DNA of 64,000 nucleotides from Cyanidioschyzon merolae (taxonomy: Eukaryota), in assembly GCA_000091205.1 (NCBI GenBank), contig AP006495.2; one strand, 5' to 3'. Below, piece by piece: positions 45,127 to 56,433 of this stretch. The translations under genes were made by a program, and so were the position numbers. Position 1 is the stretch's first letter. The number at the start of each line of letters is the position of its first letter. Below the pieces are notes generated by a model. The model was not told where the DNA came from. It ran no database searches and saw only the letters and a list, made by a program, of their open reading frames with translations.

Positions 45127-45360
45127 CTCCGTCAGCGCACTGAAGACCGTGTCCTGACGTCTGGCAACGTCCGTCTATTGGAGAACGTCGAATTTCGCCA
45201 TTCTCCCTACGTTCATGCTTTTGCCGATGCTGTCGGGATAGATCTGCATATCATTTCGCCGCAGGCTCCGTGGTTCAACCCCATCGAATCAGTATTTTTT
45301 ATGGTGAAACGGAATGATCGCTCCACTGGGCGAATAGCGGAAGCGTTCAGCACACGGTGA
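45127..45360 (+). pseudogene. Relic of a Tc1/mariner/IS630-superfamily DDE transposase (C-terminal fragment only)
   Basis: Open frame LRQRTEDRVLTSGNVRLLENVEFRHSPYVHAFADAVGIDLHIISPQAPWFNPIESVFFMVKRNDRS.. matches the canonical C-terminal ..G(V/I)KLLFLPPYSPDLNPIE.(L/V)W..LKR.. block. The frame is closed by stops at both ends after 78 codons. A (CA)n run at 45097-45118 lies immediately upstream. Confidence 0.45.
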
Positions 45361-48300
45361 CACACCCGGGCGCACGTCGTCTTTCTTGTGCAAGTCCTTC
45401 TCCAACCGGAAAGGTCGTCACCTAACGACATATACACGTGTATTCCATTTGAAGAAAGGAATATCCAAGGGAAAGGTATGGACGTGCGCGTCGAGGATCC
45501 TGGTGTGCCGTCATCACCAGGTAGAACAACAACCGAAAAACGAAGAAAATCCTCTTCTCGTCGATCATTGAGAGAGCGACGAAGAGCAGCTTACGACGAA
45601 GAAGAGGATGACCAGGAGAGATTGACGACAACAAACGTTTGCTCGACGTAACGATGACGAGACTGTAGTGGCAAAGCGAGCACGAGTTCGAGGACTCGCA
45701 GCAAAAGTGACTTTAGCCATCGTCAATGCACCCAGGGCGTTCGTGAACCGAGACTTGAACGCCGTCATCAATATCAGAAGATATGTGGTACTGAAGACGA
45801 AACCCGCGGAGCTGGCTTGATGTTATTTTATGGGGCAGCATCTCAGGCTCGAATTGTGCCTGGATGAATACTAGAACCGATAGAAGGCAGCCGGTCAAAA
45901 AATAGGCCGGGCGGCGTCTGCGAGTGAGTTTGTATTCACGCTCCATGGTCGTGAATCATTTCTCGTTCCACTGGCTTGTTGTTTTGAAGAATCAAGATGA
46001 TTCGCGACGCCCGCCAAAAAGGTGTATAACGTACCCCAAGTCACGAGCCAACGCTTACGCACGAGCCTCTACGCCTATCCATTCCATACATATGCAGTGG
46101 CCCAGTGATACATGCTTCAGGTTTTCGATCTCTCTGTTTCAAGGCGACTCGTGTGCGCAGCGATTCGTGCCACTGGTCTGAAGAGGAAACATAAAACGCG
46201 ATGCTTCCTTTTGACGACTCGTCCACAGGCAAATGCGGAACGGTCGCTGAACTTGTCAGGCCACGAAGCCGCTTCCGTGCGAAAGACCAATCCTGCTTTC
46301 GTTTCGAGCATAGGCGAAACGGCGCTTGACAACACCATGATAGCTCGCACAGCATAGACCGTGCGACGCCCTCATCTCTTCTGACTGCATGAAACTGGGA
46401 CTTCGACTCGGGCTTTCGTCATCGCAGCGATTGCGCCCAGTAGGGGAAGCGTAGAGAATTCGAGTTTGTTTGACTTTGTCTAGAGCCCGGATTTTCCTTT
46501 CGATCCTTGTTTCAGTATGAATGGGACTGCGCTCCACAAATCCATGATCCATTGGAACAGCATTCGCCTGCGTTTGCAGCGTACATCGTACTCGCTCATG
46601 GAATCGCCCAGAACACGCCAGTACTGGTAGGGTGCGGCATCGAGCGCGAAACCAGCAGGAAAACATCTGAGACAGCCTTCTGGTATCGCCAAGAGCATGT
46701 ACCGAGCGATGGAGCAAGTGTTCGCACGCCACAATGCGGCTTTCAGAGGAGCACGAGGCGTCGTTCGGGACGCACCGGAAAACCTGACTACCGGCAAGTG
46801 TACCTGCTTCGAGGGATGCACAGAGGCTGTTCACAGAGAAGATGCGCGTGCCTGGCGAAAGACTTCTAGATTGCAACTCCCACGTCTGCGAGGAATTTTT
46901 CTACGAGTTCTACTGCGGCGGCCTCGAGAATTCAACGCTGCTATGAGCATTCTTCGCCCGTCGACGACGGATCTGGAGGCATACAGCGGAACGGAGTCAT
47001 GAAAACCGGACACACGGGAAAGGCAATGGACGCTGTCGCAGAAAGACCGCGTAAAGGCTGGTACTGAATGGTCGTAAGAAAATATTCAATCCTGTCCGTT
47101 TACGCCCGTATTCGCGGACCTGGTTCATGTGCTTTCGCAATGGGTGTCACGAAGACTCGCCATGTCGTTTCAATCAATTCCTCACGATCAAGTAGGACGG
47201 ATGATCCTCGTCAGATTCTCCAGCTATGCAAGGACCGACGATAACCCTGCCGGTTGGCTCGTGAAATCCACGCCCGTGTCCAGATTCCACAAACACCAGA
47301 CTAGTATATATCAAGACCGATCCGTGAATCATTGGGGGCTCCTGGCCGACACAGAGCGCTCACGAGCCCACTGGATACGGCGGTGCCGACCTCGTTGTGC
47401 GGAAGCACGACCGCGTTCTTCGCCCCGCTACCGAATCCACAGACCTAATCGAATGCAAACGAAATGCTCACGAGCATCCAAATGACTTTTTCGAGTCTTT
47501 GACGGGCGATCGACACGGCTCCTGCTGCGCATCCCGGATCGATGCGGGGAGGTGCTGGGCAGCGAGCCTTGCAAAGGTTCGGGTTACCGGGGCGATAGAC
47601 TGCACCTCTTGCCTAGATGTTGCTGTGTTGCACCGTCTCCAGAACAAAGCTGACCTGCAGCATTGTTTATAATCTATCGATCGCTGGGTCTACCAGTAAC
47701 CCGGTCAGTTTCAAGACGCTCGTAGCGTTTCGCCTTCGACACGAGGCACACAGCCTCGTACGTTGTCGTACGGAAGCGCAGCAGCATCGACTTTCCGCAG
47801 CGACCGCCGACTGCTTTGTACCAGGATGACCACCACAGCTCCATTGCTTCAGCAGAACGCCTCGATAACGAGACTCGACTACTCGATATCGTCTATGGGC
47901 ATGGTGCATCGATTCGATAGCAAGAAAAGTCAGACGTTGGTTGAGATATCGACAGCGTCTGGTGTACCCGTGCATCCGGGTATGGCGTGCCTCGCACCCG
48001 CAGCGTATCATGCAGTACTCGTGCAATGCGTATTCGCTGGCACCTCAGCACTGAACGCGACTACGACACCTTTGCCTCTGCCTGGGGACACCCACGCTCG
48101 CTGATGGTCTAGAGTATAGCGTGAATCCAACCGAGCGCTCAGATTCAAGCGTAACAGCGACAGTGTTTCGGATGCGCTCCGGCGTGCGACGGGATGCACC
48201 GTGCAGGACGCAAGCGCAAGAGAAACGCATCCGTTCGCATGAAGTATCCGTTGGATGGATTGCTGTTCGCATTCATATCTCAATAGATGCATCGACGAAG

Positions 48301-48681
48301 GATCTGAGCGTAGTGCACGTTCGACGCGTACGTGCCGAGTCCCCGGGCAACCATGCACATGTTGGAAGAGTCGCTCGGATGCTGGGCAACCGGCACAAGC
48401 GCTGTGCGGCATTCGCTGTTAAGGAAGCGCGCCGTCCCAGCATATCTGCTCGCTGGTAGAGTATCACGCTCGCTAACTGGAAACGATCATGATCGACATA
48501 CCTATTCCGACTACTCGGTTCGCGATACTCTTCGGTATCGAGGCGCGCACGTTGCTTGGCAGAGCGTGCCTCGCGCGACGTCCACGAACGTTGCGTTTAT
48601 CGCGGGTGCTCGTGACGTCTCACTGACCTCGACAGAGTGCTGCTTCATTGTGAGCGGAGCGCTCAGGCTTTTCTGCCTTAC

Positions 48682-50283
48682 ATGGAGCTTGCCGTTTCCA
48701 GTGTGCATGGCACAGGGGAAGTCGGCCGGCAGCCGACTCCCTGGCGGGCACCTCGTACACACGCCAGCGCTTCGGGACGATCGGCACCAGACGCTGAGCC
48801 GCTGCCGCCTCTGGAACGGATCACCGAAAGAGATGCTCCCGCCACTGGACCAGGTCGAGAGCTCGGGACGAGTTGTTGGAGCGAACCTGGCTATGATGCT
48901 GTCTCTCCGCAACGCCTGGGCCTACCTCGACTGCCACCGCTCAAGGTCGCCTCGGCTTCGCAGTCGACTGTTGAGCAGTCTAGCCATACGCTAGTTGCTG
49001 CTTCCTCTAGGTCAACCCTGGCATATGGTAACGTGTTCCGCCAATCTGTGCACCCAGAGAGGACGTCAACCTGGAGTCGCACGCTTTCCAACGCTCTTGA
49101 GAAGCTGCTCGTTCCGCGGCAGCTGCAGAAGCAGCAGACTAGGACAACTGCACTGGCCGGCTCACTTGTGGGTATGCGTGGCACGCAGCCGGGCAAGATA
49201 GCACTTGCTGATGACTGGGTGCTCTTGGCGATCATCACTGGCGACGATGCGGTCTACTGTTATCGAATCGACCGGGAGCACGATACCTGGACGTGTACCG
49301 CAGTGCTGCGTACGCGCCTCGTGCGCTCCGTCACTTGTCTAGCGTTTCGCCCTTGCATGACACAGAGCTGGATGCTTGCTGCTGGTTGTGAACGTGGTGT
49401 AGCTCTGTGGACTGCTGATGCGCAGTCGGCCGGGGCTGCTGGTCCAGCACCACGCTCGGCAGAGACGGCACCGGCGTCTGTGGCACACGCACCGTTGTAC
49501 GTTTGCTTTCAGTTGTTGGAGACATGGGGGCATCATCATGTTTCCAGTGTCGCTTGGAGTGCAGACGGCCACATGCTCGCTTCGAGTACCTGCTCCGATA
49601 GTGCCGTCCTCGTGTGGCAAGTCGGAGCCGGCTCCTACCAAGCTCTCTATCGTATCCGGGGCGGCGTCGAGCATCTCTGTTGGAGTCCATCACTGGAAGA
49701 TGCCGGTGTCCTTTTGAGTATTGCTCATAGAGGAAGCGTGGTACGGATCTGGAGCACGAACCCGGATGGTGAATGGGTCAGTACCGCGTGGGATCGACCG
49801 CGCCTTGATCCAGATCTTCTGGCATGGCATGTGAAAGTGCAAGTCGGAAGAGACAGCCACAGACGACACTATCTCATCGGTGCGGATTTTACCAAGTCGC
49901 TGCTTTGGTGCTGGACGCTCGAGTTCCAGACGCATGCTTCGCTTCGACCACTTGCTACGTTCAGGATGCCGGGAGAACCACAAAAGCTGGCCTGGGATCC
50001 CACTGGTCAACGGCTTGCAATTAGTTTCAAGGAGCCGCTGCGTTTTCCGGTGCAGTCCAAAACGGGCGACCCTGATGCTGCGGACAGAGCACCTGTTGCG
50101 CTGTACGTCACCGAGATGGAGCCGACGGTACAGGTCAGCCTTACGGGTTTTGTTCGCGCACCTGAGTCGAATGCTCAAGTGATCGATTTGCGATGGCATC
50201 CGCAGGGCCCAAGGCGTGCGCTCGCGCTCCTCGTCATTAGCTGGAGCAATCAGCAGGTCACCTTCTATCCCTATGTTTTATAA
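48682..50283 (+). CDS. WD40-repeat protein
   Basis: WD-like blades: SVTCLAFRPCMTQSWMLAAGCERGVALWTAD; HHVSSVAWSADGHMLASSTCSDSAVLVWQV; HLCWSPSLEDAGVLLSIAHRGSVVRIWS; PQKLAWDPTGQRLAISFKE. Track start 48637 is GTG; first ATG at 48682. Confidence 0.6.
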   Translation: MELAVSSVHGTGEVGRQPTPWRAPRTHASASGRSAPDAEPLPPLERITERDAPATGPGRELGTSCWSEPGYDAVSPQRLGLPRLPPLKVASASQSTVEQSSHTLVAASSRSTLAYGNVFRQSVHPERTSTWSRTLSNALEKLLVPRQLQKQQTRTTALAGSLVGMRGTQPGKIALADDWVLLAIITGDDAVYCYRIDREHDTWTCTAVLRTRLVRSVTCLAFRPCMTQSWMLAAGCERGVALWTADAQSAGAAGPAPRSAETAPASVAHAPLYVCFQLLETWGHHHVSSVAWSADGHMLASSTCSDSAVLVWQVGAGSYQALYRIRGGVEHLCWSPSLEDAGVLLSIAHRGSVVRIWSTNPDGEWVSTAWDRPRLDPDLLAWHVKVQVGRDSHRRHYLIGADFTKSLLWCWTLEFQTHASLRPLATFRMPGEPQKLAWDPTGQRLAISFKEPLRFPVQSKTGDPDAADRAPVALYVTEMEPTVQVSLTGFVRAPESNAQVIDLRWHPQGPRRALALLVISWSNQQVTFYPYVL

Positions 50284-50994
50284 ATGCATCTAGAGAGTCG
50301 CTCAGTGAAAGATCAGATCGGTTGTATCCTTTGTCGCGAGGTACATCGCTCGGCTGTCGACCTGCACTTCAGTGCAGGGTCCGAGGAAAGCGCCACAGTT
50401 CGGCACTGGCGCGTATGGATGACCCATTCGGCAAGCCTGAATAAAGTATTCCAATAGAGCACCGCGAATGCTTGCCACGTAGCCAAGAACGTTACCAGTG
50501 GTGGTGATCATGGGCCACAAACATCGCACCAACAGGCACAGCGCTTTGCCTGCACGTGGAACAGCGCTACGCTCTCGGCATTCATCATCATCATGATCAT
50601 CAGTAGTAATAGTATTTGTAATATCGAGACACTCGGGTCGCAGATGCAGCTCTGTTTCCTTGGCCGTGCTCTGCGAGCCATTGAAATCGCATCGTCCAAG
50701 TTATGGCTCGCCAATTCCAGCGTTGTGACTGTTCACACACATCCGAACGGCAGCTGCATGTTCAGTGAGCAGCAAGGACGACGGCTGAACGTGCCTTCGC
50801 TGCCCAAGATCCCGATGCCTACAACAATACGAACACCACGGTACCGCTTACGTGCATCGTCTGTCGCGAGGCATTGGCAGATGCTGGGCAGAGCATCGCA
50901 GCATGGTATGAACAGGAAACTTGCGCCCCTGCCGCTTCTCCATCAATGGCGCGAGCCTCAAGGCAGCAACACATGCAATATACAAAACAAATTC

Positions 50995-51909
50995 TCAAGA
51001 CAACACCTGCGCTGACACGCTCTCCATTTGTTGTATGGGGTCGATCTGCTGCACGCCTTGCTCGGTCGTTAGCTCGAATATCTTGTTGCGAGAAGCGTCG
51101 GGATGTAGTGCCGCGAGGACAGCCACCTGAGCGACCTGCAAGCGCGACACAGTCCCCCCGAAGATCGAATCCGCCGGGCGAATCTGCAAGGCATGCGTTT
51201 CACCCCAGTTGTCCGTTGCACGCTCCAGCCCGGCAGGTCGAATAATGGTGAACTGCCGGATACCACCGCTCTCGGTGCCTTCAGGAGAACGCTTTGCTGT
51301 CCGTCGGACCTGATCGATGAGGAAGAGCTCTGCACGCCGCTTCCAGAAAAGAATCCCATATGCCAAGTTCAAAAGAGCTGCAGGCCATCCAAAGCGACCC
51401 GTTCCGAGCGAGGTTACGAGGATGAAGTGGTTGATACCCCGTCCAGCGCTCGCCGCCCGCATGAGCTCCCTATTTCCCTTATAGTCAACTGTATACGGCT
51501 CCAGTGGCGTCAAACGACTCGGGCCGGCAACGTCTATGACAACATCGACGTCGTTCTGACGAAATACCTGTTCGGCTTGAACGGCAGCGGGCTCCGTAAT
51601 ATCGTGTGCCACGAACGCCAGGTCGCCTTGACGCTCGAGGCCTACCTCCCGCAAGTACGCCCGCACTGCGCTTTCCGCCCGTTCGGGATCTCGTCCAGCA
51701 ACCAGTACAGGCACTTGCTGTTCAACGAGGGTGCGGACGACGCGCCTCCCCAAGCGTCCACCGCCGCCGACCACGAGCGTGCGCTTCATCGTTAGCATCC
51801 AAACCGGATTCCCAGAAGCTCTAGGTCGTTCACGCTGTAAGCTCCGCTGTTTCGTTTCCTGCAGGTTCCAGTGGCGTACGCTCTGAGAAAAAGGTGCCAC
51901 GAAGCCCAT
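50995..51909 (-). CDS. NAD(P)-binding Rossmann-fold protein (atypical SDR / NmrA-TIC62-like)
   Basis: TLVVGGGGRLGRRVVRTLVEQQVPVLVAGRDPERAES (GxxGxxG and acidic/Arg discrimination), ..VDVVIDVAGPS.., ..FILVTSLGTG... First ATG at 51907-51909 (track start is GTG). Confidence 0.6.
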   Translation of the reverse strand: MGFVAPFSQSVRHWNLQETKQRSLQRERPRASGNPVWMLTMKRTLVVGGGGRLGRRVVRTLVEQQVPVLVAGRDPERAESAVRAYLREVGLERQGDLAFVAHDITEPAAVQAEQVFRQNDVDVVIDVAGPSRLTPLEPYTVDYKGNRELMRAASAGRGINHFILVTSLGTGRFGWPAALLNLAYGILFWKRRAELFLIDQVRRTAKRSPEGTESGGIRQFTIIRPAGLERATDNWGETHALQIRPADSIFGGTVSRLQVAQVAVLAALHPDASRNKIFELTTEQGVQQIDPIQQMESVSAQVLS

Positions 51910-53543
51910 CGCCGTCACCTATCAGTGGTCCAAAAGTCTTGTGCCAGAATATTCACTTTCAGAGGCGGTGAACGGCGCGCTTCTACAATCTCCAGGCTAT
52001 CGATGTGTCGAAGCCCTGTTGGTATGAATGCGAACAGGTCCACGAACTCGGGCGTTCACCGCCATGCTTCGGTCTGTTTCCGACATCAAGAACACCAGCG
52101 TTTGTGTGCTTTATCGGAGACTGGTTCGTGTTCGTCTCCCTTATCAACGGTTTTTACGTGGGTCGGTATCTGATACGCCTGCACTTCAGCGGTCAGCAGT
52201 CGAGGGATGGTGATGGTAGCGTTCCAATCCCGATGACGCTATTTCCAGCTGTTCTCTATGCATTGATCGCATAGGCAAGACGTAGCGGTCAGCGTCTCGC
52301 TTGCCGTGTGCATGTTTTTCAGTGCAGTGCATCGTTGTGTGCCTCACTGCGTTGACACTTGGGTGCTGTCGGGTGTTCCCAGATATTCATTGTGTCGCCG
52401 GCCCCGCGTTGTGCCGCCTTCGCGCAAAACGATGACGCACGCTCGACTAGAACAAGTGATAACACCGATGATGACTCAAGTCTGAGTGCAAGACTGTATC
52501 CGTTGCCAGACGAAGAGTCGAGCGCCTCGGAGTATTCATCACGTGATCGGTATGACGCTGCTGTTGGCGAATGCCGTTTCACCAGTAAACGCAAAGCGCG
52601 AAGTATTTTTCCTTCGAACGCCGGCGATTATTTGCAGCACAAATGTAAGTCAATGACGAGCATGTGCTTGTGATCGTGGCGCCAAATGACGATGTCAAGT
52701 AGATTCACTCGTGCATCCAGCTGAGCTTTTCTGGGTGCACTCACGGTCTGCCTTGGAAAAGAGCACTCGAAGACCCGAAGGATGCAAGCGACGGATAAGC
52801 GTGTAGGCTTGTAGGGAGCTGTTGGACTCGTGATATCGGTTAGTTTACAATCCCGCTTTTCTGAGGTTGCTGCACCTCATCTGAATTCCACTGCCTTCTA
52901 GCGTTCCAGCGGCTGATCATCCAAGCGCCGACTCCGAACGTACGACCGAGCCTCCTAGATCCGCTTTTGCATCCGCACTCCCATATGGATTTGCGTGGAA
53001 TGTCGAGTCTGTATATCTAAAACACCATCCGCAGAAAAAAAGAGAAGAGTCGCCGGACACGAAGAAAGCAAGCAGCGCAGAGTTTTAGCTTCACCTGAAA
53101 TGGGTATCGTGTACCGACGCGAGAGCGGTGCGTCCCGGGTACATCGGCTCAGGGGTATCGCATGCGGCACCGAATGTGTCCAGTACAGCGTACACCGAAG
53201 CGGTGATCGTTTCGTAAACGGAGTTGCCAAGCTCGCCAATATCCATGCAAACCCGCTATAATGAAGCGCTCGCGATATGCATACCACCACCCGAGGCAAC
53301 CAACGATAATGTGGACGCGCGTAGCAGGCTATCGCAACCTGCCGCAGAGCGACAGGGCATCTCGCGTCCCTTACAGCTGCTCATCGTGCTTGCGTTGCAT
53401 CCTGAATCGTTCAGACCGGCAATAACATTGTGGTGGCAGCGTTCAGGCCAACGCGTCACTGCCCCCAGCGCCCTAGTCCACGGCATCCAGCGATTCGCAT
53501 GGTCGAATGATGCGAACATCGAGGCGATGGTTGCAGACGCGCT

Positions 53544-54863
53544 CTACCTCTTCAAAATAAAGGCGCGCAACGCAGGCAAAAACATGGTGACAAAATAATA
53601 CACGAGGGGCGCTGTAAATACAAAACTATCGGTTCGATCGAGAATTCCTCCGTGGCCGGGAAGCGCCCAGCGGAAACGTCCCCCAAACGCTGTTGCAGGC
53701 GAGTCCTTGAATCCTGCGTCACGCTTGAAGAGGGAGGCTGTCAAATCTCCCAGAAGGCCCACGACGCCAATCAGGATTCCGTAGAGGGTGCCGGTGAGCC
53801 ACCAGAGCGGCCATCTCATCAAGAAAGCTCCCAATATCGAAACGAGTGCAGAACAGAGGAAGCCTCCGATGGCGCCTTCGACGGTCTTCTTCGGCGAAAT
53901 GTCGCTGAGTTTGCGGCGCCCGAACGCGCGGCCAATAAACAGCGCACCGATATCACTACTTGCCACTGAGAGCCAGGTCCACCAGGTTAGGGCTGCGCCT
54001 ACGGTCCAGCCTTCCGGTGGTGGCAACCAGCCTGGCCACAGCACATCGGGGAGACGCGATACCACCGCTGGAAAGCGCGTCTGCTCAATGCCACCGAGAG
54101 CTCGCATGCGAACCCAGAAGGTCGGCAGGTATCCAGCGTAAAACATTCCCATGAACGTTGTGCTGATGTCGGCGATCGTAGCGAACTTCTCCCGGCGATG
54201 CAGCAGCATGTAGGTACAGATCAGCGTCGCTGAGACCGGGAACACGGCCTCTGATGCCTGCGGTGCTGCTGCGGCTACCCACAGCGCCAAAATAGACGCC
54301 GCTATCCCAGCGCGTTGTGCCGGTCGGATGCCCTTTGCCCGCACCATGTTATAATACTCAAGTTGACCGAGCACTGCGACAACTGTCAGACCGGCCGTAA
54401 ACACCCAGATACCCGCCAGAATCCAGGTCGTGGCAACCAAACCCATAACAATGCCGGACACCACTCGGACAGCCAGATCACGTGCCGGACGCGTGGTGGC
54501 CACCGCAGCTACCAAGGCTGCACTTCTCGCGTCCGCTGGGCGCTCGGAGGCAACCACTGCGCTCCCTACGCTTTGAGCGCCCGCACCTGCCGCTGCAGCT
54601 GGAGTCGAAGCGGTGTCCGCTCCATCGCTGCTGGCTGGTGTCGCATCCAAGCAGCGCAAACGCGGCACCGCGGAGCAGTCCGCTGACGTCGGTACCCCAG
54701 CAGTGAAGCGCCCTCGAGTCGGCAACGCAGTTCGAGGCAGCGAGACGCCAGCGTCAGAGCGCCTCGCGGTTCGCGGAGGTCGTCGGCACGGTGCTCGTCG
54801 GTGCTGTCGCACGCCTTCCAAGTGGGGTAGCGCTTGCCACCCGTGCACTGTAGACACCCACAT
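53544..54863 (-). CDS. Phosphatidate cytidylyltransferase (CDP-diacylglycerol synthase) with a roughly 140-aa low-complexity N-terminal extension
   Basis: C-terminal CTP_transf_1 signature KRDAGFKDSPATAFGGRFRWALPGHGGILDRTDSFVFTAPLVYYF (GHGG-x-DR-x-DS) and multiple TM helices. First ATG at 54861-54863. Confidence 0.8.
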   Translation of the reverse strand: MWVSTVHGWQALPHLEGVRQHRRAPCRRPPRTARRSDAGVSLPRTALPTRGRFTAGVPTSADCSAVPRLRCLDATPASSDGADTASTPAAAAGAGAQSVGSAVVASERPADARSAALVAAVATTRPARDLAVRVVSGIVMGLVATTWILAGIWVFTAGLTVVAVLGQLEYYNMVRAKGIRPAQRAGIAASILALWVAAAAPQASEAVFPVSATLICTYMLLHRREKFATIADISTTFMGMFYAGYLPTFWVRMRALGGIEQTRFPAVVSRLPDVLWPGWLPPPEGWTVGAALTWWTWLSVASSDIGALFIGRAFGRRKLSDISPKKTVEGAIGGFLCSALVSILGAFLMRWPLWWLTGTLYGILIGVVGLLGDLTASLFKRDAGFKDSPATAFGGRFRWALPGHGGILDRTDSFVFTAPLVYYFVTMFLPALRAFILKR

Positions 54864-55490
54864 ATCCTTGGACAAGGACGTCGACTAGCGACCGAGGCAC
54901 ACAGACTCCCGGTACAACGCTAGCTCCAGATAATGTATGCCAGATTGCCTTATTGTAATTGACGTCGTCGTCGGTAGCGTTGTGGCTGCTGAAGCCATTT
55001 CTTCGATGAGAAGACGTTTGTATGGATCATGGATTCTAGATTGTGGGGTGGATATTGAAATCAATGCCAGTGCTCAATATGATTCGCTCTTACGCCAAGT
55101 TTCATGGTCTGTTCTCGGATATACTGGTAATTTCGTATGTTCTATCGTGCGCTGAGTACCTGCATTGCTGCATCCGCAATAGAGCCAATGCTGCTAGTGC
55201 GGATGCTGAATGGAGACAGAACGGTTTTGCCATATCCATGGGGGTATCGGATCGAGGAATGCTTCATTGAATACGGAATCGGGATTCGTCAACATTCTGG
55301 AAGCCTGGGAGATGTGCAGTTAGACCTACTGCCTGCAGCAGCGCGAAGCGATATACTAGGAGTGATCAACGACCAGGGTGATGCCCAGTCGCAGCATACC
55401 CGCTCCTAGTCCCAGAATAAAGCGCATTGCGAACGAGTTGCTCAGATCTAACCAAAGTACCTGTCACTGGGGCGGACATGAAGCGCAAGC

Positions 55491-55739
55491 TTGGGAACCT
55501 GTCTTCTTAAACATATCAAGGATCCGTACAGGGAAAAGTTGCGAGAGGCCATTAGGAACCGTGTCGACTCGTACTCCAAGAGTATTCTCAAGGCGTCGTC
55601 AGGACGGATGCATTTGGCGAGGGAGATGTATCGCGATGTGGCGCACATGGAAACGGTCGAGATTCCGGGCGAGTTCGTCAACAAGACGTTTTTTCGATAC
55701 CTGAAGCATGGTACAGCGGGAAGCGCGGAGGGAAAATGA
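55491..55739 (+). CDS. Element ORF1 (copy C; TTG at track start, N-terminus truncated by a TGA relative to copy A)
   Basis: ..CLLKHIKDPYREKLREAIRNRVDSYSKSILKASSGRMHLAREMYRDVAHMETVEIPGEFVNKTFFRYLKHGTAGSAEGK, ending in GGGAAAA-TGA (55730-55739). Confidence 0.4.
   Translation: MGTCLLKHIKDPYREKLREAIRNRVDSYSKSILKASSGRMHLAREMYRDVAHMETVEIPGEFVNKTFFRYLKHGTAGSAEGK
55730..55739 (+). promoter_or_regulatory. Candidate -1 ribosomal frameshift site: heptamer G_GGA_AAA followed by a TGA stop, with the ORF2 ATG in the -1 frame
   Basis: gcg gag gga aaa tga (frame 0: AEGK-stop). The -1 frame reads ggg aaa atg agc gga = GKMSGITP... GGGAAAA fits the X_XXY_YYZ pattern. It is identical in copies A and C; copy B is fused in frame by a 1-nt insertion. 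Confidence 0.35.
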
Positions 55740-56221
55740 GCGGAATCACGCCCTCCACGAAAAATACCCTTTACAGCATCAACGGTACTCGATACAAGGG
55801 TGACTGGGATATCTACGCATACGGGGCGATGAAGTGCGTCACGAACCTGAAGAATCATTTGACAATGAACGTCGAACGTTTCATGATACGCGCCGTGTTT
55901 GCACTTTACCCGGGCCAGTCTCGCAAAGGGATACGGGCGATTCTCAACGGCATAAGGAACGATCGCAAGCATGAACATGAGATCGAATTCGTCGACGAGA
56001 AGGCGTCAAACCAGAGCACGAATGAGGTCTTTGTCATCCGTGCGGTTATACAAGAGCACCGTGCGGCGCTGGCGCTGGTGAATCCAGCAGAAAAGATATC
56101 ACAGTTGAAAAAAGATAAGGAAAGATCCTATCGCCTTGTCCTGCGCTATTTTCTGTTTCTGGACCGAGAGCTCGAACGCAAGGTGGAAATGAAGAGTGAG
56201 AGAGATGGAAGTCTATCCTAA
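55736..56221 (+). CDS. Element ORF2 (copy C)
   Basis: MSGITPSTKNTLYSINGTRYKGDWDIYAYGAMKCVTNLKNHLTMNVERFMIRAVFALYPGQSRKGIRAILNGIRNDRKHEHEIEFVDEKASNQSTNEVFVIRAVIQEHRAALALVNPAEKISQLKKDKERSYRLVLRYFLFLDRELERKVEMKSERDGSLS. Confidence 0.45.
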   Translation: MSGITPSTKNTLYSINGTRYKGDWDIYAYGAMKCVTNLKNHLTMNVERFMIRAVFALYPGQSRKGIRAILNGIRNDRKHEHEIEFVDEKASNQSTNEVFVIRAVIQEHRAALALVNPAEKISQLKKDKERSYRLVLRYFLFLDRELERKVEMKSERDGSLS

Positions 56222-56433
56222 TGGGTAAGCGCTTCAACGTCGTTCCAATGCGCAACATCAAGTCACATTTTGTGAGTATCGACTCTGGCGTCTTTTGCAG
56301 CATCATGAGCGAGATCAGTCCTGAGTTCGATGTTAGCAGAGAGGACTTCACTGGCGAAAACCATGAGACGCACTGAAAGAATATCTTCGATTTCAAAAGT
56401 CTCAAAGTCAGAAAGCGAAATGTATCCACGGGG

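Noticed and set aside
55736-56221. Element ORF2 as an IS200/IS605 TnpA-like HUH transposase (KHEHEIEF segment)
   Set aside because: H-E-H is not a hydrophobic-centred HUH motif and there is no plausible catalytic Tyr context, so I make no transposase claim for ORF1/ORF2. They may instead be the N-terminal (WED/REC-like) part of the nuclease.
56222-56433. Intron joining element ORF2 to ORF3 (GTAAGC right after the ORF2 stop, tcttttgcag acceptor in copy C)
   Set aside because: The donor lies after the in-frame stop. The acceptor-like cag is not conserved in copy B (tcctttacggc), and the ORF3 frame is still closed at that point. The link between ORF2 and ORF3 stays unresolved.
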